Both the position numbers and the translations under genes were made by a program. Of a stretch of 64,000 nucleotides of DNA, positions 15,012 to 28,598 are shown piece after piece (position 1 is the stretch's first letter; each line of letters opens with the position of its first letter). Under the pieces are notes generated by a model. It had not been told where the DNA came from. It saw only the letters and a program-made list of their open reading frames with translations, and made no database searches. The stretch comes from Eledone cirrhosa (Eukaryota). Where the stretch lies: positions 47,554,001-47,618,000 of the forward strand of contig OZ024746.1 of the NCBI GenBank assembly GCA_964016885.1, in the 5' to 3' direction.

Positions 15012-17270
15012 ATCATCATCATTATTATTATCATTATTATTATTTTGTGCATTATCACTGCATTACCAAGCACAGCTCTGTGCGCCTTGGGTATGTGCAG
15101 TGTGGTTTTTGGTGGTGTTGTTTCTATTGTATTGAGAGTACTCTTCATACTATGTATGGTTCCTAGTAGTGCTATTTCTTGTATGTTGTATATATTTCTA
15201 AGTCCTGGAGTTTTGATTATGTATCTGCGTGCTTTTTTATCATTTCCAGAGCACCTATTATTATAGGTATTGTTTCTGTCTTCAGCATCCATATTCAGGT
15301 TATTTCTATCTCTAGATCTTTATATTTGGATAGTTTCTCCATTTCCTTGGTAGAAATGTTGTCGTCATTTGGGATTGATACATCAATCGGAGGACATTTT
15401 TTTTCTTTGTAGTCTTTGACTATAATGTCTGGTTGGTTGGCTTTGATCTCCCTATCTGTATGTATTGGCATGTCCCAAAGAATGGTTGCTTTGTCATTCT
15501 CTGTTACCTTTTCTGGTATGTGTTTGTACCATCTTTTGCTTGTGAGTATGTCATAAGTGTTGGCATAATTTCAAATGTATGTAGGTCCCTACTCTATCAT
15601 GTCTGGATATATTCCTTTTCGGCTAAGACTGGGCAGCCTGAGATAGTGTGGTTAATGGTTTCTTCCCCACCTCCACATATTCTGCATTTACTCACTGTTC
15701 TTTTTCATTATGCATTTCAGGTGATCTCTGGTTAGGAGGCACTGATTTTAAGTCCAGTGCTTTGTAGCCAGTTGTGTGTGTTTTGTTTGTCTGCTTCCTC
15801 TCTATTAAACCTTATCAAGCATTGATCATGTCGGATTTTCTTGCCATCTTTTTAACATGGTATTCTGGATGTTTGATTTTAAGTTTTTTTATTACAATTT
15901 CTGTTGTTGTTTCTTGTTTGTTTTCATCTTCCTCAGGTATCTGTTAGTTTGGTTTCTGTTTTGTATTTATTGGCTTCCTTGAAAACTGAATGCAATTTTT
16001 TGTTTTGTTCATGTTTTGTAGCTATTTCTATTAATTTTCCTTTGTTCTTCATTAGATATTTTTGTAGTCCTACAGTAGTTTTTTTTATAATAGTTTTCTA
16101 GTTGCATAAGGCCCTTTCCCCATGTGTACGTAGCAGTTATACTCTTTCTACATCTGATTTCGGGTAGTGTATTCTAAATGCAGTTATTATTTTTCTTGTT
16201 TTTCTGTCTATTCCAGCTAGTTCTTTTAGTGTCCAGTTCAGAATATTAAACCTGTAGCTTACTCCTAGGATTGTTAGGGTGTTGATACTAATTACTTTAT
16301 TCTTTGCATTTAGTTCAATTTCAAGTAGTAGTCTAATTTGTCTGTAGTATTCCTTTCTAATCTTCTCTTTCGTCTGTGTACGTTGAACCATATCTAATTC
16401 GTTGATTACTAAGTATTTGTATGTCTGTGTTCGATCTAATTCTCATATCTCAGTTTCTTTATCTAGTATAATATTGCTCTTTTCCATTAGTTTCCCCTCT
16501 TCAGTGTTATCTTGGTGCATTTTTCTAGTCCAAATTTCATGCTTATTTCTTTTGTAAATTCATGTACTGTATGTAGTAGTGGTTTAAGTTGTGTTTCATT
16601 TGTGGCATACAGTTTTAAGTCATCTATATATAGGAGATGATTAATTTTCCTATTGTAACATTTATAACCTGGTCCAGTTTAGTTTAGTTTCTCAGATAAT
16701 GGTGTTAATGCTAAGCAGAAGAGCACTTGAAATATCCCTCTGTTGATTAGGGTGGGTTCAGTTTTTATAGTTTCACCTTTTGTTTCTATTTGTAGAACTG
16801 TTTGCCACTTACTCATGGCTTGTTCAATAAAAGTTCTTATTGTTGGTGTTGCTTTATTCATGGCTAGTGTGTTCAGTATCCATGTATGTGGCACACTATC
16901 AAATGCCTTTTGGTAGTCAGTCCATGCCATGCTAAGATTTTTGATTTTTTTGCAATTTTCAGTTATGGCTTTATTTATTAGCAGCTGGTCTTTACAGCCA
17001 TATGAACCTTTCCAGCATCCTTTTTGTTCTTTTGGAAGTAGGTTGTTTTTTTCCAGGTGTGTGGTCAGTTATTGCGATATTATTGCAGTTAGGGTTTTAT
17101 ATGTTGTAGGCAGGCATATTATGGGGGTTTACTGTGTTCTTGGGGATCAGGGTGGTTTTCCCTTTAGTGAGCCAGTCAGGTGTGTTTTCTGGCTCTGTCA
17201 GCATCTCATTGAAGCTCCTTGCAAGAGCTCCATGTGTCCCTGTTAAGTATTTTAGCCAAATTCATCCTGA
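15012..17270 (-). mobile_element. Degraded R4/Dong-like RLE non-LTR retrotransposon (RT plus RLE)
   Basis: [48 protein letters not shown]; (ATT/ATC)n tail at ~15012-15043; inserted within a SINE-like sequence that resumes at ~17275. Confidence 0.85.
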
Positions 17271-18084
17271 CAGAATCGATGAAATAAAGCACCAGTAATG
17301 CATTGGGATTTGTTTAATCAACTTTCCCTACCCCCAAAATTGTTGGCCTTGTGCCTAAATCAGAAACAATTATTATTAACATTATCATAATAATAATAAT
17401 TATTATTACTATTTTGCTCCTTTCAAATATAGCTAAGATAATGCTTCTGAATGCCGCACCTCCAGGTATCATTTCATGTATCTCTCTTTTCATATTAGTT
17501 TTAACTACTCAACTATAAGCAGATGAAATGAACTGTCAAATTGAACATTGTAATAAATAATTGTATTTCTCTCTCTCTCTCATTGTTTCATAACATGAAG
17601 TGGGTGAGAGATATTTCCCCCTCCACTGGATACACACACTGTCTGTCATAGGCAACATTCCCAGTTAATCTAGTACCTATTACTAGCAGCTAGGAGAACA
17701 TGCAATAAAATTATCTGTCTCAAACCCAACAGAAGGCTTGCAACAAATTTAAACTATAGATGTAAGTAGTCTACTACATTAACCACTTGGCCAATCTGTG
17801 GTGTAGATGGGTGGCTGTGTGTTGATATACAGTTACATATCTATCATCCATTATTACCAACACTACAATAACTTTTCATAAACACTGTTATCTGACTAAA
17901 TTCAGTTTCAACTGCAAATCTGATACCTGTAGTTTGAAACGGGAAATCTTTGTTTCTGCCTGCAATTAATCCTTAGCAAACAACATGTAACCCAACACTT
18001 CATCTCTTCTCATTTTACTCGCATCATTGCCTCCCCAGCTGGGCCAAGGACACAAAGAGCATCTAGATATCGTAATCAGGTAGT

Positions 18085-18610
18085 ACAGGTGACATAATAA
18101 AACACACCTAGTCCACCCTTTAAAATGGTAGTGCTGGTGCTACAATAAAACACACCTAGTTCACCCTGTAAGGTAGTAGTGCTGGTGCTACAACAAAAAT
18201 GCACCCAATCCACCCTGTAAGGTAGTTGTGCTAGTGCTACAATAAAACACACCCAATCAACCCTTTAAAATGGTAGTGCTTGTGCTACAGTAAAACACAC
18301 CTAGTCTTCCCTTTAAAATGGTAGTGCTGGTGCTACAGTAAAACACACTTAGTCCAGCCTTTCATGTGGTGATGCTTGTGCTACAATAAACACACCCAGA
18401 CCACCTTATAAGGTGGTTGTGCTAGTGCCATGACAAAAAGCACCCAGTCCACCCTGTAAGGGAGGTTGGCATTAGTAATGGCATCCAGCCATAGAAAAAC
18501 CAAGCCAAAAATGGAGATGTGTCACCTGTACCCTTTAGCCTCATAACATGACAGCCCCTCTTACCCTTGCAAGCGTAGAAAATAAACAGATGATAATAAT
18601 AATAATGATG
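18085..18610 (+). repeat. Tandem array of ~48-bp units ending in an RTE-type tail
   Basis: About 8 diverged GTGCTGGTGCTACAATAAAACACACCTAGTCCACCCT.TAA units followed by GGCATCCAG and a (ATG/ATA)n tail. Confidence 0.8.
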
Positions 18611-19593
18611 TCTGATTTTTTTTTTTTTTTGCTAAGGTCTCATATTTTACCAACCAGACCTTTGGCTCTCATAAACATCAAATGTAAAGCAAAGGCACAT
18701 GAGAAAAACATTTACATTCACTCAAACACACACACACATGACGAGCTTTCATACAGTTTCCATCTACTAAATTCACTTCAAGGCATTGGTCAGCCTAATG
18801 CTATAAATAGAAGAAACTTACCCAAGGTGCCACACAGTAGAAAAGAATCCCAAGCCACATGATTGCATTGCAAACTTCTTAACCACACAGCCATGGCTGG
18901 AATACTTGCCACAAATATAATTCCACTAAAGGTGCTCTAAGACTAGGTAGCATATATAACCTAAACAACTGATTAAGTTCTACCACTTAAGAACAAATAT
19001 AATCCCTGCTATGGGTTCTTACAGTCTCTATCTGCCACAGTTTCACTAACAAGACTTAAACTTAACTGATGCTATGGTAGAAGACACTTAAATTATTCTG
19101 CAGGATCAAACCCATCCCCTCATATATTGAGCAATGAACTTCTTAGTCATACAGCCACTTAGTTGATAATTTAAAAGTGAAGGTTAACTTTTACAAATAA
19201 ATAAACAATAAAAACTTCGGACAGACATTTTTATCCTATTATTTATTTTTTCATATTGATTAATTATTTATAGCATCAAATGTTTTACACTTGTTAATAA
19301 ATTAATAAGTGTTGCCAGTCAAACTGGTTACTGAATATACTTTGCATGTTGGTTAGAACAATAAAATACTGAGAAGAGGCATATCATTATTATTGTTGTT
19401 ATCCTCATTATACTATTTATATTATTATACTTTAACAACACACACATACACACAACTATCGGCTATCAATATAACACTATATTATATTAGCAGGCTGTCC
19501 CCGAATCGAATTTAACTTCTATTTTTTTCTCCCTCTCCTATCTTCCATTTTATGTTTGGGTTCAACGTAATCCTGTTACATAATTCTACAAAT

Positions 19594-19666
19594 AACACCT
19601 GATGAAATCGCCTTGTCTTGCATCATAATCGGATGATAGAGTTGTCATTGAAATATGTATAGTGTT
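19594..19666 (+). ncRNA. Type I hammerhead ribozyme motif
   Basis: AACAC-CTGATGA-(AAT...ATT long stem II)-GAAA-TATGTA-TA^-GTGTT; 5-bp stem I; distal ATCCTGT/ACAGGAT extension. Confidence 0.6.
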
Positions 19667-21284
19667 TTCGCACCAAATCATTACAGGATGAGAGACCCCT
19701 AGTTCTTGTTAGAACATCATTCTAGAAATAAAAATTCTCGTGTAACACCTGCTCCTCATTATCAGCCAATGATGTTGACCTGTTCTTCTTTTTGGATACC
19801 TAACAACCACTTTTCAGAGAGAGGGATTTGTGCCATGCAAGTTCTTTCTTCACTTAAAAAAGTTTCAAGTACTGGCAACACTTGATCTTAACGACTGTCA
19901 TGTGTGTTGCCTGAGCATGGCCTTTTCTTTTTTTCTTTTGCTGCAAAATATGCAGGGCTAAAAAGTCATGTTTGTACCACCCATGTATAAGAAAAAGGTC
20001 AAGGGTTTGTCAATTCTCAAAACTGAAATGCAGCCATTACATACGTGTATGTGTGTGTGTACTCATTACTCCTGATGGAGTTTCAAGGACACTGTGGTGA
20101 CATATATCGTATTTTGGAATTTTAAACCTGCCAGAGCCCATCTCCTCTCCAGGTCTAGACAGCTGATTTATTCCATAGAAGGAGAGAAAGGGATTTAAAG
20201 GAATAATCAACTCCAGTACTGGGCAGGTACTGTTTGTTTTAATGACCTTGAAAGGATAAAAGGTAAAACTGACCATGATGGGATTTAAACTCAGAATGCA
20301 GAGAGCCAGAATAAATACTGCAAAGCATTTTATCCGATGTTCTAACGACTCTGCTTGTTTATCATGTATAGGAATGATATAAAATACTATAATATACCCA
20401 GGGGTGTTACTGTTTCATGTAAGCCCTGATTTGATAGTTCTGTAATCGTTTAGAATCATCATCATCATCATCATCATCATTTGATGTCTTTTTTCCATGC
20501 TTGCATGGGTTAAACAGGTTGTCACGTTATGAGGCTTGACAAGGCAAAGTTGACTTTGGCGGGATTTGAACTCAGAGAGCAGAAATGAGTACTACAAAGC
20601 ATTCTATCCCACCTACTAATGACTCTGCCAATTTTCCGCTTATCCACTTCACTATTTATTTGAACTCGTCTATCATACATCGAAAATCTGGTCACTAACA
20701 TTCTTTAGTGCTCAGTTCCAATTACTAATTCTGTCTATTATTGAGAGATTACAGTTTTGTTTAACTTTCCCTGGCTCTGTAGATTGACAGAATTGTTAAT
20801 TCAACAAAATGCCTTGAAGTATTTAGTTCCTGCCATTTACATTATGAAATGCATAAATATTCATTATTTAATTAAGATTCTGTACTGCATTAAACCACAT
20901 TAACAAGATATTCTTGAAAAGTACAAAACACCACTATAACTATCACATTAAAACATAAAGTTTTTAGTTTACTATACATTTTTAAAATGACTGATCTAAT
21001 AAAGATATTATAAATATTTGAATAGACAAACATTTTAGACATTTTCTCCTAATTCATGACAGGATGTTAAAAGTTAATTAATTGCATCACCAACAAATGC
21101 TTCTTACGCAGATTAGCCATATCAGCTAAATTCTGGTTTGTGTTTGACATAGAGATTTGGTACAAATTCACTTTGTAGGCAGAAAAGTAAAGGTACTTGT
21201 TTTCTGATGAATTAGTAGTCAATAGCATATGTAACATGTAACAGTAATCCTTACAAATTTTAGTGTATGAAGAGAATAACAAAA

Positions 21285-22272
21285 TTATCATCGTTTTTAC
21301 TTCCATTTTGCCATGCTTACATGAGTTAAATGGGTCCTTTTCAGCACAGCATCTCTTCACTCATTGCGTTCCTTCATCAGCTCCTCTGTGAGTCTCGGCG
21401 ATTTAAGATGAGCTCTCACCACCTCTGCCCAGGTCTTCCTTGGTTTATCTCTACTGTGGCTTCCCTCTACTAAGATTTCCTGGCACTTCTTCAAGCAATC
21501 ACCATCCATGTGCATCACATGTCTGTATCAACACAGTCTTTTTTCTTGCACACCACTTTGGATTCCTCATAAACCCAGTTTCTCCCTCAGTTCATCCAAG
21601 TTCTGTCTTTCTCTCACACTTACATTGCTCATCTTATGAAGCATGGTTGCTTCATTTCTCTCCAGCCTGCTCAAATCTTCTGTAGTCACTGCCCATGTTT
21701 TGCTACCATGCAGCATTGCACTTCCCACACCAGTGTCATACAGTCGTTCTTTTGTACATTGGAAGAAACCTTTTGTCAACAGTGGGAGTAGCTCTCTAAA
21801 CTTTTTTCATCCTATCCTTACTGTAGCTATTATTCTCTCAGGGCACCCTCCTTCACTGTCAATTAAGTAACCTAGATATCAGAAGCAATCAATCCTTTCT
21901 ATGGGTCCTTCATGTGATTGGAAAAGGTTTATATCACCAATGCTCTTCCCCTTGATTACCTCTGTGCATCTTATACATACAAAGTCTTCCCTTGCTATTA
22001 CTCTACCTGATATCCCACTACATTATTTTGTGTACCTTGCATAGAGTTTATGCCTACTCCTTTTCTACATATTCAGCAGGACCATTTCTCTAAGGAAATC
22101 AAGGTGCTATCTTCTTTCTTACTTACTAACACTTTGGTTTTGGCTAAGTTTACTCTGACCTATTGATTCCATAGTCAGAACTTATTCTCGAGTTTTCATA
22201 GATTCAACTATATGGACCAGATCATCTGCACAGAGAAGTTCCCATGGACAGCCAGTCTTAAATTCCTCTGTA
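21285..22272 (-). mobile_element. Degraded RTE LINE 3' portion
   Basis: AMLHGSKTWAVTTEDLSRLERNEA, GCPWELL.ADDL; multiple stops and frameshifts. Confidence 0.9.
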
Positions 22273-22375
22273 TTTATATTTGTCTCCATTGCAAGGCCTA
22301 TCATTTAAAACTAATTATATCTACAATAAATTCATCTTCAATTTTTTAATATACATATACATTCTTTTCTTTCAG

Positions 22376-22430
22376 GAATTTACCATTTCTGAAGATTATA
22401 ATCGAATGACACATGTCAGGGATTATCTTG
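22376..22430 (+). CDS. WDFY2: WDFY1/2-family exon 4
   Basis: tttcag|..|gtaagt; EFTISEDYNRMTHVRDYL; 55 bp. Confidence 0.95.
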
Positions 22431-24682
22431 GTAAGTGTGGACCATCTTAAATATATTATCTAATTTTTAACAAAGATAATGTAATCTTCTTGAGATATAA
22501 AATCTTGCCAGGTAGTTGATATTTTAACTTTATATAATACTAGGATTTTTTTCAACATGCTGATGCATATGTGTGTGTATGTGCATATGCATACATTTAT
22601 ATATATGAGTATATAAATATGAATGTGCAAACACAGACACACTTAGAAAAACACGCACAAACACATACACAGCATAACATATGGACCACCATCCGCTATT
22701 TTGCAATAGATTTTTCACCACCCCTGCCTTCTTTTTACACACATATACATTCACACAGGCAGCAGACGTAAAGAGAGAGGAGTAGTATGAGGTAGTCAAC
22801 CTACACCCCTCTCTTTACGTGTTGTGACAGAATCACAGAAATTTATATGAGAGACAATTAATTAATTCTAAGAAAAAAATAATCTGCATGTTGATTTTCA
22901 TTTTAAATTTGTTTTTAAAAGTTAAAATGAAAAAATGTTAATTGCTGTTAGTGTTAAGATCTAACAAGTCTCCCTATTTGCATACTATGTTGAGTAGGAA
23001 AGTTACTCTATGTAAAACTCTCTCATTGTTTAGCCCCTGGTCATTCTTGATTGAAAATACTTTTGATCATAGTTGTTCCACTCATTATTCCATCTTTTTT
23101 TTCAACATAGTCTATTAAAGACTACATTATCCAATGTGTCTTTTTTTTGTTTAGTAGCAGATCAGCTCCGAGTAGGTGAGCCTATGAATAGATGTATTCC
23201 CACTATGAACATCCTGCCTTTCTTTAGTATATCTAAGCTACATAATTCAATGTTTCTGGGGTTTTTTCCAGCACAATAGGGTTACTTTTTAGGGAGATGG
23301 TAATAGCACTGTAATGATTTCACAGAAAATATTTAAATATGAGTTTCTTGATTTGAATGTCTAAACAAATACTTCACCGCATAGTGTTACGGCCCTTTAC
23401 ATTCTGATTTCAAATTTAGTTGAAAAGCTGTTTGTATCCTTACCAGTCTCAGGAGTTGATTTAATTGACTTTCCTCTCTCTCAGAATTGTTGATCATGTG
23501 CCTAAATCAGAGACCATTATCATCAAAACATGGTGGCTTGGCAGTGTCGGTAAAGTGTCTGACAACATGCTATGCAGCATATAGTTACATCCCTTTACGT
23601 TCTGAGTTCAATTCCCACTGAGGTTAGCTTTGCTTCTCCTCTTTATGAGGATCGATAAAATAAACTACAAAAAAATACATAGGAGTCAATTTAATCGACT
23701 TTCCCCTCCCTCAAAATTGTTGGCCTTGTGCCTAAATCAGAAACAATTGTTATAACAACTTACTGATAATTTAAAGCTTAAAACATGTAGCTCATATTTT
23801 AAAACTGTCTGAGAAATTGTTAAATGAGTTTGGTCTGATACATTGAAAAGATTGGCAAACTGCATAGAAACCTACTGATGATAAAGGGTGTTGCTGTTGT
23901 TGTTTAGTCCAAAGTTAACCTTCAACCAGCAGATTCATAATCAAAGACCTTTCAGACATAACCATCCAATCTTCTAAATATGTTTCTTCCCTTCTAAGGT
24001 GTTGATGGGATGATTATAGTGAGAAATAACTGCTATTTCTTGTAGCTTGTCTGACTGGGGAAGCTCTCTCAGTGATGATTCTTAAATATGTAATGGGAAG
24101 GCAGTGAATTGGTAGTCATTAGGATGTTGGATACAGGGCTTTGTGGTATTTGTTCTGGCTCTCTATATTCTGAGTTCAAATCCTGCCTCTTTCATCTTTT
24201 CAAAGTCAATAATAAACCAGTGAAATACTAGGTTTAATTCTTCTCTCTCTCTCTATTTTAATTTTAAATCTTCCGTCAGTTTATATAAGAATCATAGTTA
24301 CTATCTTAATAATGAGTTTCTGAGTTAGGCACACAGCGAACAATTTTGAGAGAGGGGAAAGTCAATTATATTGACCCCATAAGGATGAAAAGCAAAGCTA
24401 ACTTCAGTGTACAATTTGAACTCAGAACATAAAGGGACTTACTATATGTTGCAAAACATGTTGTCTGATGCTCTACTGCCAATCCACTGCCTTGATTATT
24501 ATTTTAATAATGCAATCATTTATAATCTTAACAAATCATTCAAAATTCTTCAATAATCATTTGAAGTAGAGTGTATTTCATTAGAAATGTGTTCAATAAA
24601 GAGGTATTGCATGCTTCTTTGTTTCAGTACCGCTAATTTTTTTCCTCTTGAAATAAATAAGCTTTTTTTCTTTTTTTTGCAG

Positions 24683-24833
24683 CCCATTTTGGTCGCGTGA
24701 ACTCTATTATATTTTCTCTAGGCTGTGAATGGGTCCTTAGCTGTGGTCGTGACCGTTATTTCCAGTGGCATTGTTCAGAAACAGGCCGACGATTAGGAGG
24801 ATATCAAGCCACGTCATGGTGCCTCTGCCTTGA
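24683..24833 (+). CDS. WDFY2: WDFY1/2-family exon 5
   Basis: ttgcag|; (A)HFGRVNSIIFSLGCEWVLSCGRDRYFQWHCSETGRRLGGYQATSWCLCL; 151 bp; followed by GTATCCTT. Confidence 0.95.
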
Positions 24834-25946
24834 GTATCCTTCAACACATACTTCTGGTGGAGTGTGCAAATAATTTTTGGATACGATGTGTGTGTGTACT
24901 AGATGTGTATGGCTGAATGGTAAAGCTCCCTTTGCAATGACAAGTTCCCCCGGTTCAATTCTATCATGTAGCATCATAGGCAAGTGTCTTTTTTTAAAGA
25001 TAATCTTGGGTTGATGCAAGCCTTGTGTGTGGAATTAAGTTGCTGAAAACTGAATGGAAATATGTTGTAAGGATTTTACCTGAAGTGCAGTCTTGTTGCT
25101 GATTCTCTTTGAGGATTACGTTAAAAGTACACCTGTCTGGAATACTCAGTCACATGCTAATTCAAGGAAAAGGTTGGTCGATTGATGAAACAGTGGAATA
25201 CTCATCGTTGTAGACTATTTTAGATCCATTTACTAGATGCCTGTGAGTGTGTACTATGTTATGTGTGTGTATGTGTGGTGGTGGGGGGGGGGGTTATATC
25301 TATGTATTTAATAGAGGAGATGATGAAGGAATGTGGCATGTGGAGAACCCATGCATGTGTAGAAAAATGGACATAAAAACGATGATGATGTTGATATGCA
25401 CAGAACCTGAAAAATTGTCAGAAACTGTTGTTCTATGCAACCTGCAAAACATCTCCTGTATATGGTTACTCTCTCGCTCTGCGTGCATCACCAGTGACAG
25501 AAATTGTCTTGCTGCTAAAGTATTTAATTCCTCCTGACTGAAATATCATCATGTTACATCTGCTTTCCGTGCTGGCAAGGGTTGAGCGGGTTGTCACAGT
25601 CCGAGACATTACTGGTTAAGGAACCATGTCTTGCCCATGTGTTACATATTTGGCATGATTTCCATGGCTGGATACCATTCCTAATGCCAATCACTTTACA
25701 GAGTGTACTCTGTGCATTTAGTGTAGTATTGACACTACCATTTTATAGAGTGTACTAGGTGCATTTTTATGACACTAGCACTACTACAGTACAGAGTGTG
25801 CTGAGGTCATTTTATTGTGACACCAACAGTAAAGTTGTCATATACACACCCAAATTGAAGAGTCCTCCTTATCCTATTATGACTGTATTTATATGAAATA
25901 CCATATTGGTCTCTTGTTCTTGTTTTTATCTTTTTTTTTTTATCAT

Positions 25947-26013
<67 letters not shown>

Positions 26014-26260
26014 TCTATTTTCTCTATTAATACACACACATATATATAATCTTAATTTTTCCTCACCCGCCCTCCTTCACATATGTGCATATGCATGCAC
26101 ACATACACCAAAAGCTATATGCTTTTTCAATTATATTCTAACAATATCATTTAACTGGCTGTGAATAACAATTTTGAGATAACCTTTGATCTTGTCACTT
26201 GCTATTCATAACAAGAATAAATGATTCTATTAACAATCGCTTTTCTTAACCATTGTTAAG
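24834..26260 (+). other. U12-type (minor spliceosome) GT-AG intron
   Basis: 5' site GTATCCTT; branch TTTTCTTAAC at 26241-26250, 10 nt before the terminal AAG; no polypyrimidine tract; the join keeps the frame (CLE|FDEQ). Confidence 0.92.
25949..26010. repeat. (CT)n microsatellite
   Basis: Direct observation. Confidence 0.97.
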
Positions 26261-26373
26261 ATTTGATGAGCAATCAAAATATGCCTTTGTTGGAGACTAT
26301 TCTGGACACATATCGGTGTTAAAAGTTAAAAACAACTGTTTTGATTTAATTACTACTTTCAAGGGACATGCAG
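26261..26373 (+). CDS. WDFY2: WDFY1/2-family exon 6
   Basis: FDEQSKYAFVGDYSGHISVLKVKNNCFDLITTFKGHA|gtgag; 113 bp. Confidence 0.95.
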
Positions 26374-26460
26374 GTGAGTAATTTTATCTGCCTATCTACC
26401 TGCCTATCTATCTTCCCACTCAACCATTCAACCATCCATCTTCTTCATGCATTTCTTCCA

Positions 26461-26686
26461 TTAACCCTTTAGCATTTAAACTGGCTGTATTCAGCCAGAA
26501 TTCTCTCATCTCTACCTGTTCAAACCAGCCATAACTGACTGTTCATACTTATGTTAAGGTATTGTTCTCAAAATAAATATCAAAATCTCATAGATTCGAT
26601 ATTATGTGAGGTAATTATATGAGATAAAGTGTTTACTGTGAAAATATAAGAGTAAAAATAGAGTAATGTAAATGCTAAAGGGTTAA
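26461..26686. mobile_element. piggyBac-type MITE
   Basis: TTAA-CCCTTTAGCATTTA...TAAATGCTAAAGGG-TTAA: 14-bp TIR with TTAA target duplication. Confidence 0.85.
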
Positions 26687-26764
26687 AGTGATTATCATCT
26701 ATTGATTTAGTTAAGTGAGAATTATAATAATAATAGTAATAATAATGAAAAGTATTTTGTAATG

Positions 26765-26957
26765 TATACAGTATAGAAGTAAGACTGTGAAAATGTATAT
26801 AAATTTATATAGTTTTACTATATACATGTAAACATGCCAAATATATACATATTTCCCTAGGAAATATGTATATATTTGGTATGCTTCCATGTCTGTATAC
26901 TAAAAATGTGTTAATTTATATACATTTACGCAGTCTTCGTTACTTTTATACTGTATA
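26765..26957. repeat. ~190-bp imperfect palindrome
   Basis: Centre CCAAATATATACATATTTCC-CTA-GGAAATATGTATATATTTGG; arms pair out to TATACAGTATA/TATACTGTATA. Confidence 0.85.
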
Positions 26958-27479
26958 TATACAGATATAACTATCGTATACTTCAGCTGTTTAATGCTGG
27001 ACTTAATATATTATCATAGATAACTTGTATAGTTTTTAAAAATTGTTTATTCACTCTTCGTATTTTGTTTGTTCGTTTGTTTTTTGGCGGGGGGTTGCCT
27101 ACTTTGGACTTTGAAATTATATATTCTAGTATATTTTACATTGATGGGTTAACTTATTCCCTGCATTTTTCATTCTGAATCATCATCAGCATTCAGTGTT
27201 GAATGTTGAGCATTGTATATATATATGTGTAAAAGAGAAAAGTCCGATGTGTTGATGGGGGCTGCATGGAGAGAATTGTTAAAATTGATAAATGAATTGA
27301 TAAATGAAAAATCTTCCATCATATGTAGTACTTGCTGTAAATTTCTTCCATGGAAAAAGAAAAAGGAATTGGAGACATATTCTACAACCACATCTCAACA
27401 TACACTTACATTTACACCAGGTCTGAACACAGTCATTCCATCTTGCGAGGCTCACACCTGTGGCTAGCCACCTCAGCGC

Positions 27480-28070
27480 CTATGCCGTTGAGTAGCCCTC
27501 GGGCCAAGGACATCAGAAGTCTCCACTAATTGTGATTGAAGTTTTTTGACAATGTTCAAATTTGAAGATGTAAAGATCAAGCAGAATGTAAAAAGAAAAT
27601 TACAGTTTATCAACATTTTGAAAAAATTAATGAAAGTAAGGGAATGAGAGAGTGAGTGGCAGATTCTACATCATAGTGTATGTAGTATAACTAAACTGCA
27701 CCCTGTGGACAAAATGGTGAAGGCATTGCTGAGGAAAATAGACAGCAACAGCCAGTGAATCAGTCACTCTACCTCATGTGCTTCCTTTCTCAGGTGAGAT
27801 GCACTCCTCTCAATTTTGCAGAGGAAAACGGTAATTCGAGGACCAAAGACACCAGAGGTCACGGTATTTAGCTATTTTCCTCTCCTCCATGTTATGGGTG
27901 GTAGTGCCTGGGTTGGAGGCTGAAATGATGAGGTTGGAGGAAGAGAACATGTTACAGCATGCAGCATCCCAAATTAGAGATTTATTACCCTCAATAAAGA
28001 AGAGGATTAGCCTGTCTAGACACTTATCACCACCATGGTCAAGCCAGCGCATTCCAGTTATGATTGATTT
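27480..28070 (-). mobile_element. CRE-like RLE non-LTR retrotransposon 3' relic
   Basis: [11 protein letters not shown]...SASNPG....[11 protein letters not shown] in ORF 27810-28052. Confidence 0.6.
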
Positions 28071-28138
28071 TAGATGTTGTTTGCAAGAATTTAAGTATCA
28101 CTGTTTTCTCATAGCAGTCTTATTTTTAAATATCACAG

Positions 28139-28265
28139 GAAGTGTACGAAGCCTGAGTTGGGATTCCTCAAGAAAATTACTCTTCTCTGGTAGTTTTGAC
28201 CAATCCATTATTGTATGGGATATAGGGGGCCGAAGAGGGACAGCTTTTGAATTGCAAGGACATCA
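28139..28265 (+). CDS. WDFY2: WDFY1/2-family exon 7
   Basis: cacag|..|gtaag; (G)[41 protein letters not shown]; 127 bp. Confidence 0.96.
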
Positions 28266-28598
28266 GTAAGTTTCTGTTTTATTCACCTGCTATATATTCA
28301 TACTATGTACATTCAGAGGAAATCATCAGGAAAGCATTGCCCTCCTTAAACTATGTATTCACGGATATATCAATGAAAACCGTTATTAACAATGTATAAC
28401 AGCATTTGAATTACTAATATAAAACCTTTGAATAGCGCTACATCTATACGTAATACACTTCTATCACATTAACATACACATCTTTCTCACCGCTATTTTG
28501 AACTGTTTTTTGGAAATGTTTGTACTTTGTAGAACAATTTTATGTATTGATGTTCCTCTTGTGTTTCTATCTGTGAATTAATAATAAACATTTTAATA

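Noticed and set aside
18085-18460. CRISPR-like regular repeats
   Set aside because: Whole units are repeated with no unique spacers; eukaryotic context; derived from the RTE/SINE 3' region.
27889-28269. 126-aa ORF as a standalone gene
   Set aside because: Only 28139-28265 is WDFY exon 7; the rest is antisense TE relic and intron.
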